Of a stretch of DNA of 32,000 nucleotides, positions 8,552 through 14,840 are shown piece after piece. The DNA comes from Thermofilum adornatum (lineage in GTDB: Archaea; Thermoproteota; Thermoprotei; Thermofilales; Thermofilaceae), in contig NC_022093.1 of NCBI RefSeq assembly GCF_000446015.1, positions 420,001 to 452,000 of the forward strand, given 5' to 3'. Every line of letters starts with the position of its first letter. Positions within the stretch are counted from its first letter, which is position 1. The notes beneath the pieces are model-generated. The model was not told the DNA's origin. It saw nothing but the letters and a program-made list of their open reading frames with translations, and made no database searches. Made by a program: the position numbers and the translations under genes.

Positions 8552-11065
8552 ATGCTATACCTCCTCTCGGTCAAGTACAACGGGAAAGAAGCAAGGGCTG
8601 AAATGTATTTCTATGACGACGAGAAGCACGTCTTGGTCAGGGTTCCCGACTACAGCGACCACCACCCGTATCTCCTCACCGACCTGAAGCCCGACGAGCT
8701 GGCCGAGAGGTACCCAGACGTCCTGAAACACAAGGGTTTCAATAGGCTGGACGTTGTCGAGAAGTACGACCCGCTGAGCGACAGATGGATCTTGATGACG
8801 AAGGTGGAGGCCCTTGACCCATTGTCGATAGGTGGAGCGAAGGACAGCATAAGGGAACAGTTGAAGGGCCACGCGTGGGAGGCCAAGATAAAGTACCACC
8901 ACTGCTACATATATGACAGCAACCTTATCCCGGGGATGCCCTATACTCTTGAAGACGGCAAGCCGAAGATAGTCCTATCGCCGATACCCGAGCACATTGA
9001 GAAGCTAATCAGGGAAATGGTGAAAGACAAGACTGAGCTCGCAGAGTACCTCTCGTGGGCCCAGATACTGAACACTCCCATACCGAAGCTCAAGAGGATA
9101 GCCATAGACATAGAGGTCGAGTCGCCCCAGGGGATAATACCCAAGCCCGAGAACGCGGAAAAGCCAGTCATCGCTGTGGCCTACTATGCGTCTGACGGCC
9201 AGAAGGGCGTACTGTTGCTGAAGAGGTGGCAGGAGGTCCCAGAGATAAAATTGGGAGACGCGAAGATAACTGTCTTCGAGGACGAGAAGAGCCTGCTAGC
9301 GGCCGCCTTCAGCCTTATAAACGCGTACCCAGTCGTCCTCACGTTTAACGGGGACAACTTCGACCTGCCCTACCTATACAACAGGGCCAAGAAGCTTGGA
9401 TTCAAGCCAGAAGAGATACCGATCGAGTGGAGCCCAAAGGCGGAGTACGCAGAGCTCAAGAACGCTGTCCACATTGACCTCTACGCGTTTTTCACGAATA
9501 GGTCGATGAGGGTCTACGCGTTTGGAAACAAGTACAGGGAGGGGAGGACCCTTGACGAGGTCGCAAGCGCCTTGCTCGGCATCGGCAAGGTCAAGCACGA
9601 CGAGGCTATCAGCGAGATGACGCCTGAGAGGCTCGTGGAGTACAACCTGCGGGACGCGGAGCTAACCTACAAGCTCACGGCGTTCAACGACGACTTGGTA
9701 GTGAAGCTCATTATACTGATGATGAGGATATCGAAGCTCCCAATAGAGGACCTGACGCGCCACAACATCTCTGCGTGGATCAGAAACATGTTCTACTATG
9801 AGCACAGGCAGAGGGGCTGGCTTATCCCGAACCCAGAGGACATACTGAGCATAAAGGGTCAGACCTCGACAAAGGCCATCATAAAGGGGAAGAAATACAT
9901 GGGCGCAATAGTCATCAATCCCAAGCCCGGCGTGTACTTCAACGTCGTGGTCGTGGACTTCGCCTCACTATACCCAAGTGTCATCAAGAAGTGGAACCTG
10001 AGCTACGAGACCGTCCGGTGCCCACACGAGGAGTGCAGGGACAACAAGATACCTGGCACGCCGCACTGGGTGTGTAAAAGGAAGAGGGGGCTGATGTCTG
10101 AAATTATAGGCATCCTCAGGGACCTCAGGGTCTACGTCTACAAGAAAGGAGCAAAGGCAAGCAAAGACGAGCAAGAAAAAATGCAGTACGAAGTCATCCA
10201 GTCGGCGCTCAAGGTCTTCCTAAACGCCAGCTATGGAGTCTTCGGTGCGGAATCGTTTTCCCTCTACTGTCCACCAGTCGCCGAGAGCACTACAGCCCTG
10301 GGCAGGTACTCGATCCTGAAGACCATGGAGAAAGCCGTCAAGATGGGCATCCCAGTCCTATATGGCGACACGGACAGCCTGTTCCTCTGGAACCCCACGC
10401 AAGATAAGCTGGAGAGCCTCCTACAGGGCGTCCTTAACGACCTGCAGATCGACCTGAGCATAGACAAGGAGTACAAGTGGGTCGTATTCAGCAAGCGCAA
10501 GAAGAACTACTTGGGCCTCCTAAAGGAGGGCAAGGTAGACATAAAGGGCCTCACGGGCAAGAAGAGGAACACGCCCGACTACATCAAGAACGTTTTCTCA
10601 GACATCATCGCAGAGCTGTCAAAGGCAGACAACATACTCGTATTCGAGAAATCCGTAGAAAAAGTCGAAGAGAAAGTCAAAGACTCGCTCAAACACCTAA
10701 AGAAACACGAGGTCCCACTAGACCAGCTAGCCTTCAAAGTAGCCCTCACAAAGTCCCTCAAAGAATACACCAAGACAACCCCACAACACGTCAAGGCGGC
10801 GAGACAGCTCCTAGAATACAGGAAGAAACTCAAACTCGTCCCACCCGACGTCAAGCTGGAAGAAGCGGTTCCAGAGGGCGAGATAATAGCCTTCGTGAAG
10901 ACCAGGAACAAAGAGGGAGTCAAAGCCGTACAGGTCGCAAGGCTCGACGAGATAGACCCAGACAAATACATCGAAATAATGAAGACAACCCTCCAACAAG
11001 TCCTAGACGCGCTAGAAATAGACTTCGAAGACCTACTAGAAGGAAAAACACAGACACTATTCTAG
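8552..11065 (+). CDS. polB: Family B DNA polymerase, crenarchaeal PolB1 (Dpo1)-like
   Basis: Exo I IAIDIEV, Exo II LTFNGDNFDLPYL, motif A VVDFASLYPSVI, motif B KVFLNASYGVFG and motif C VLYGDTDSLFL are all present. By recollection it is collinear with Sulfolobus Dpo1 (IPGMPY, RDAELTYKLT, TPQHVKAA). Confidence 0.97.
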   Translation: MLYLLSVKYNGKEARAEMYFYDDEKHVLVRVPDYSDHHPYLLTDLKPDELAERYPDVLKHKGFNRLDVVEKYDPLSDRWILMTKVEALDPLSIGGAKDSIREQLKGHAWEAKIKYHHCYIYDSNLIPGMPYTLEDGKPKIVLSPIPEHIEKLIREMVKDKTELAEYLSWAQILNTPIPKLKRIAIDIEVESPQGIIPKPENAEKPVIAVAYYASDGQKGVLLLKRWQEVPEIKLGDAKITVFEDEKSLLAAAFSLINAYPVVLTFNGDNFDLPYLYNRAKKLGFKPEEIPIEWSPKAEYAELKNAVHIDLYAFFTNRSMRVYAFGNKYREGRTLDEVASALLGIGKVKHDEAISEMTPERLVEYNLRDAELTYKLTAFNDDLVVKLIILMMRISKLPIEDLTRHNISAWIRNMFYYEHRQRGWLIPNPEDILSIKGQTSTKAIIKGKKYMGAIVINPKPGVYFNVVVVDFASLYPSVIKKWNLSYETVRCPHEECRDNKIPGTPHWVCKRKRGLMSEIIGILRDLRVYVYKKGAKASKDEQEKMQYEVIQSALKVFLNASYGVFGAESFSLYCPPVAESTTALGRYSILKTMEKAVKMGIPVLYGDTDSLFLWNPTQDKLESLLQGVLNDLQIDLSIDKEYKWVVFSKRKKNYLGLLKEGKVDIKGLTGKKRNTPDYIKNVFSDIIAELSKADNILVFEKSVEKVEEKVKDSLKHLKKHEVPLDQLAFKVALTKSLKEYTKTTPQHVKAARQLLEYRKKLKLVPPDVKLEEAVPEGEIIAFVKTRNKEGVKAVQVARLDEIDPDKYIEIMKTTLQQVLDALEIDFEDLLEGKTQTLF

Positions 11066-11370
11066 GCCAAGGCCTCCTCCAGCTTTTTCCTGGCGGCCTC
11101 AAAGTCGGGGTTCATCCCTACGACCGGCACCTTCGTCAAGACATGTTTTATCGTCCCATCGTCGAACTGGACAAAGACCTGCGGGATGTCGGCTCCCCCA
11201 AGCTCGTCTGTCTCGCCGTACTTGGTCAAGAAGACGTAGTCCTCCTTCTTCTCCTCGAACTCTACGCCCTTCGCAGCGGCGACCTCCTGGCACAAACGCT
11301 TAAGCTTATCATTGAAGGGGGCCCAGTCCGCGCCGACAAATATCAGCTTCACGGCTTTACCCATATACAT
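11062..11370 (-). CDS. Hypothetical protein, possibly thioredoxin-fold-like but lacking CxxC
   Basis: The 102-aa ORF (KLIFVGADWAPFNDKLKRLCQEVAAAKGVEFEEKKEDYVFLTKYG...) is convergent with polB with a 4-nt overlap. ADWAPF occupies the position where a CxxC would sit. Function is not supported. Confidence 0.55.
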   Translation of the reverse strand: MYMGKAVKLIFVGADWAPFNDKLKRLCQEVAAAKGVEFEEKKEDYVFLTKYGETDELGGADIPQVFVQFDDGTIKHVLTKVPVVGMNPDFEAARKKLEEALA

Positions 11371-11425
11371 GCACCCAATGCAACAAAAAACCAGTCAACA
11401 AGTATATAAAGATGCCCTCCGAGGC

Positions 11426-11815
11426 CTACTCCTCTTCCTCCTTCAACATGTCACTGATAGACTTGACCTCGCCACCCTTCTTGTAGACAATCCTAGTCTC
11501 TATCCTGATGGGCAGGCCTATCTCCTGGAAAACCCAGTAAACAGCACTAGCATCGAGGCTCCCGCTGAGGCGCCCACTATGATAAAGCTGGCCAATCTTC
11601 ACGGCAACCTTCTTCGCGACCTCCCCGTACTGCTCAAGGGCACGATTAAACATCTCGCGCCCATCCTCGGTCAAGTGCTCCAAGAAAACCGAATAGTAGT
11701 CCACCGCCTCAGCCGGCTTCTTAGCCTCCCTGGCAAGCATCTTCCTCTGCATCTCAAGCAACATCCTACGCTTAATCAGCTCAATATCCCTCTCCACAAC
11801 AACCACCAAAAACAT
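11426..11815 (-). CDS. PDCD5/TFAR19-like dsDNA-binding protein
   Basis: RDIELIKRRMLLEMQRKMLAREAKK...LTEDGREMFNRALEQYGEVAKKVAVKIGQLYHSGRLSGSLDASAV...RIVYKK fits the archaeal dsDNA_bind family pattern. The start is taken at ATG 11813-11815; the ORF-track N-terminal 37 residues are Cys/Trp/Phe-rich and lie in non-coding AC-rich DNA. Confidence 0.7.
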   Translation of the reverse strand: MFLVVVVERDIELIKRRMLLEMQRKMLAREAKKPAEAVDYYSVFLEHLTEDGREMFNRALEQYGEVAKKVAVKIGQLYHSGRLSGSLDASAVYWVFQEIGLPIRIETRIVYKKGGEVKSISDMLKEEEE

Positions 11816-11976
11816 AAACCCAAACCAAAATAAATACATGCCGGGCGCCCAAAAGGTCGCCGCTCGAGACGCACAGCGCACGCAATGAAAAGCGGCAACC
11901 CACGCCCGGCACACCAGCCAAAACACTCCAAGATGATTCTGAAAAGCCTAGACACCCCAAGCAATCAAGCGAAAAC

Positions 11977-12071
11977 TGGTGGGCCGGGAGGGATTTGAAC
12001 CCCCGACCTTCGGGTCTGGAGCCTCGACCTCTCTAAGAGACCGCCGCTCTACCTTGCTGAGCTACCGGCCC
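11977..12071 (-). tRNA. tRNA-Trp (anticodon CCA) with a non-canonical 18-nt intron (12023-12040) between positions 30 and 31
   Basis: Mature model: GGGCCGG-TA-GCTC-AGCAAGGTA-GAGC-G-GCGGG-CTCCAGA-CCCGA-AGGTC-GGGGG-TTCAAAT-CCCTC-CCGGCCC-A-CCA. The pre-tRNA forms a full BHB: outer GAG/CTC, central CGGC/GTCG, bulges GG|T and AG|G, and inner CTCT/AGAG with a TAG loop. The alternative reading (Lys-CUU with a 37/38 intron) gives only a 3-bp anticodon stem and no BHB. Confidence 0.75.
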
Positions 12072-12100
12072 AAAAGGTCATTTTGATATTTAGCTCGTTT

Positions 12101-12118
12101 GGTAATAAATTTTTCTTT
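12101..12118 (-). promoter_or_regulatory. Putative BRE/TATA promoter of tRNA-Trp
   Basis: The minus strand reads AAAGAAAAATTTATTACC (purine-rich BRE followed by TTTATTA) 30-47 nt upstream of the tRNA 5' end. The identical 18-mer occurs at the same distance upstream of tRNA-Ile (17293-17310). Confidence 0.5.
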
Positions 12119-12275
12119 ACCGTGAAAGGTTGAGATTTTTCTGCGGGCTCGAGCGGTCAAGTCAGAAACAGAGCAACGCCAAGAATAAAACATTGAGGAA
12201 GAGAACTACTTGCCTCTACCAACCTCTATCGTAAATGCATAACGCCTTTTTGTCAACGTTTTCCTTGAAGGAAAA

Positions 12276-12491
12276 CTAAAAGTTGTTTATGAAGTTTCTC
12301 GTTGGGAAGGTTATTTTGAAAAGAGATTACGGGAAGAATTCCCGACCCAAAACGGGGCATTCTGGGAAGATTCCCTGGTGGGAAGTTTCAGAAGCTTCCA
12401 ACGTGTAATTTTGAGTGCTAGGGCAGTTTTGCAGGCTTCTTCAAAAAATTAAACGTTAAACATATAAACCCCACCCGAGCAAAACAATTCG
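12276..12491 (+). promoter_or_regulatory. CRISPR leader 2 (216 nt) with a putative promoter block
   Basis: It is a paralogue of leader 1 (183/216 identical, ungapped). The conserved AAATTAAACGTTAAACATAT (12446-12465) lies 27-46 nt upstream of the first repeat. Inverted repeats are CGGGAAGAATTCCCG (12330-12344), GGGAAGATTCCC (12364-12375) and GGAAGTTTCAGAAGCTTCC (12381-12399). Confidence 0.8.
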
Positions 12492-12772
12492 GATGCAACT
12501 GAGAAAGAATTGAAAGCGAAAAGTCCTGCTATGCAGTAGTCATTTTCGCACAAAAGAGATGCAACTGAGAAAGAATTGAAAGCTAATAGCAAAATCTGGT
12601 TCAATTTTCCATGTCTGCGATGCAACTGAGAAAGAATTGAAAGCAAGTCTATGGCATGAAAAACGACGCGCCCGTCGGTGAGGATGCAACTCAGAAAGAA
12701 TTGAAAGAGAGATACATGCAAAGTACCGTGTCGTACAGCCACCCACGGATGCAACTAAGAAAGAATTGAGAA
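12492..12772 (+). CRISPR. CRISPR array 2: 5 x 25-nt repeats and 4 spacers (41, 36, 39, 40 nt), with a degenerate terminal repeat
   Basis: Repeats are at 12492, 12558 and 12619 (GATGCAACTGAGAAAGAATTGAAAG), 12683 (position 10 = C) and 12748 (GATGCAACTAAGAAAGAATTGAGAA, degenerate 3' end). The leader lies on the low-coordinate side, so transcription is on the plus strand. Confidence 0.95.
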
Positions 12773-13010
12773 CCACATCTTTTTCCCTTGTATGTGGGGT
12801 CGAGCTGGAGTGCGCGCACACTTGTTCTAGGGTCTCCTTTCTTGTAGGGGGTTGCCTGTGTTTGCCGGGATCTTCTAGATTGGTTTTCCAAGTTTTTCCT
12901 GGTGAGTATCTCTTTGGTCTTCTCAGGCGTGCTATATGATTTTTCATGGATGAAAGATGTTGGCGTCTAAAACTTTTATTAGCTGTCAGTGATCAGTATA
13001 TTTGGTCTTA

Positions 13011-14114
13011 ATGCATGGGGAAACACATAAGGTAGTAACTCAGAGGGCTCTTTCTTATCTTAGGTCAATGGAGTTGCCAGTAGTGTTACCAAGAAATTTT
13101 GATAGAAAGCTGGTTAGAGAAAACGTGAAGCTGGATGAGGAAGCCGAATATGCTGAAATGAGATATTTTGACTTCGAAACGGGTGGTACTAGGGTTTATA
13201 GAAGAAGGATAGCTCATCACTCAGAGAATATTGATGTTGCTTCCCAGAACTTACCATCTGATGTACAGTTATTCTTTGCATTATACAACAAAAAGAGAGA
13301 TATATTGGGCAGACTAGATAAGGTACGCAGGGAAATATTAAGGTATAGAACTGTTTCTGAGGCGGGAATAGCTGAGCTAGGAAAAGTCCTGCACTATGTT
13401 CAAGACAGATGTGTCCCTTCTTATGATAAATGGCTTCACGACGAGATAGAGAAGAAAGCTAGAAAATATCATGAGTTACTAGATGACCCTACTATTTTCG
13501 ATGCAAAGCCTATCGGTCGAAAAGAATTAAGAAAAATGCTTGATAGGCAGCCAGTGGCACGGACGCCTCGAGAAGCAGTAATTTGTGCGGCAAAATACAC
13601 TTTTGCAGTTTTGTTTGCAGTGTTAGGAAATGCTCTGGAAGCCCCTGCTGGTCACCTTGAGAAGGCAGTTAGGCTAAGGGGAAAATTTTCTGGAAGAGTC
13701 CTTCAAGTTTATATCGGCCTGGCATTATTGGCCCTCATTAGTTTCGCTTTGGTGCTCTATGAAGTATGGAAAACAAACATTTACTACTTATTTATAGCGG
13801 CTTTATCAGCTGTTTCTCTACAACCTGCACTTTTTGCATTCAAATCCCTATCCAAGAATATGCAGACTTTTCTAAATGGCCTATTCGAGGCAACGGACAT
13901 TATAGAAACATTTAGCTTCCTGATTCCAGCACTTTCACTAAGCATTCTGATGAATCCTTTACCATTCCTACTGTTTTCGCTTTCGGCCACGATGCTAGTT
14001 GTCTTTCCATTTCTCTTCAAAGACTTTAGAGAAATTAGAGAAGACATCCCTTGGTTTCTATGGCGCACAGCCTATCCAAGCGAGACAAAAAGAGTTAAAG
14101 TAAAAATTTCCTAA
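13011..14114 (+). CDS. Membrane protein: N-terminal zinc-dependent phospholipase C / P1-nuclease-like domain fused to a C-terminal multi-pass TM region
   Basis: The N-terminus MHGETHKVVTQRAL and the motif LGKVLHYVQDRCVPSY..WLHDE resemble the W/H..tH and LG..LHYlqD...P.H zinc-ligand motifs of the PLC/P1 superfamily (recollection, not a search). The C-terminal ~170 aa has at least 4 hydrophobic helices (VLQVYIGLALLALISFALVLY, IYYLFIAALSAVSLQPALFAF, FSFLIPALSLSILM, PFLLFSLSATMLVVFPFLF). An alternative TTG start lies at 13002. Confidence 0.7.
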   Translation: MHGETHKVVTQRALSYLRSMELPVVLPRNFDRKLVRENVKLDEEAEYAEMRYFDFETGGTRVYRRRIAHHSENIDVASQNLPSDVQLFFALYNKKRDILGRLDKVRREILRYRTVSEAGIAELGKVLHYVQDRCVPSYDKWLHDEIEKKARKYHELLDDPTIFDAKPIGRKELRKMLDRQPVARTPREAVICAAKYTFAVLFAVLGNALEAPAGHLEKAVRLRGKFSGRVLQVYIGLALLALISFALVLYEVWKTNIYYLFIAALSAVSLQPALFAFKSLSKNMQTFLNGLFEATDIIETFSFLIPALSLSILMNPLPFLLFSLSATMLVVFPFLFKDFREIREDIPWFLWRTAYPSETKRVKVKIS

Positions 14115-14171
14115 AAAGTTCATCATTTTTCGAAATCAATTATTTATAGAACTGTTTTTAACAATATAAGC

Positions 14172-14297
14172 ATGGCCACTAAAAAACGCAAACGTATACA
14201 CAACCCGAAAACGAAAAAATACTATCGTGTAGCCACTAGAAGCGGAAAGAAACATAAAAGAGGACAAATAATTGGCGAATGGAGCCCAAAAGGATAG
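14172..14297 (+). CDS. Possible very basic 41-aa protein
   Basis: Hand translation gives MATKKRKRIHNPKTKKYYRVATRSGKKHKRGQIIGEWSPKG*. TTATTTATAG lies 22-31 nt upstream of the ATG, a leaderless-type promoter distance. No homology evidence. Confidence 0.35.
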   Translation: MATKKRKRIHNPKTKKYYRVATRSGKKHKRGQIIGEWSPKG

Positions 14298-14447
14298 AAA
14301 TATTGGAATTATGATGCCTGCTTTAGGCTTATAAAATTTAGTTTTTTGTATATTAAGTAAAGTTTAAGATACTCTGCTCGATGTATTATAGATTACTTGG
14401 AGGAATCTGTAGACTTCACTGAATGTTGGCCTAGACGTTGGTTCTCT

Positions 14448-14550
14448 GGTACTTTTTGGTACCCTTATAGGTACTATACAGTTCAGAAAGATTCATTTCT
14501 AGCAACCATAAACACTAATTTTAAGTACCTCTTGGTACCGTTATAGTACC
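14448..14550. repeat. Left cluster of RGTACY iterons (two triplets)
   Basis: GGTACT at 14448, GGTACC at 14458 and GGTACT at 14470; then AGTACC at 14524, GGTACC at 14534 and AGTACC at 14545. Spacing within triplets is 10-12 bp. The second triplet ends 9 nt before the RHH gene start (14559) and overlaps its presumed promoter. Confidence 0.7.
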
Positions 14551-14558
14551 GAGGCGGC

Positions 14559-14840
14559 TTGAGGCAGGTAAAGTTCTATATTGACGAGGAGCACTACGAG
14601 GAGCTCAAAAAGCTGGCCCAGGAGCAGGGGCTAACTGTGCCTGGTTACGTTAAGAGGCTCGTGCTTAAACACCTCGGAGAGATTGAGGGAGGCATAGAGG
14701 AGAACTTGGAGTACTTGCTCCAGAGGCAGGACCAAATGAGGAAGGAGCTCGGGAGGATAGGCCTCGACCTCATCAAGCTGCAGAAGCGGGTGGAGTACCT
14801 TGAGCGGTACATCCGTAGAGAGGCTTCGACAAAAACTTAG
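14559..14840 (+). CDS. Ribbon-helix-helix (CopG/Arc/ParG-like) DNA-binding protein with a C-terminal coiled coil
   Basis: (M)RQVKFYIDEEHYEELKKLAQEQGLTVPGYVKRLVLKHL fits beta-strand, helix and helix. LEYLLQRQDQMRKELGRIGLDLIKLQKRVEYLERYI is heptad-like. TTG start. GC is about 58% (35/60 in 14581-14640) inside a 30-35% GC island. Confidence 0.75.
   Translation: MRQVKFYIDEEHYEELKKLAQEQGLTVPGYVKRLVLKHLGEIEGGIEENLEYLLQRQDQMRKELGRIGLDLIKLQKRVEYLERYIRREASTKT

Noticed and set aside
12773-12900. The normal-GC stretch between array 2 and the island, checked for a small gene, a further degenerate repeat or an att site.
   Set aside because: I could see no ORF with a plausible start, no repeat-like periodicity and no similarity to any of the four tRNA genes.
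13381-13392. A 12-nt identity (GAAAAGTCCTGC) between the first spacer of array 2 (12518-12529) and the PLC-like island gene, which could indicate self-targeting.
   Set aside because: The match does not extend beyond 12 nt. With about 390 nt of spacer against 2 x 32 kb, roughly one 12-mer match is expected by chance.
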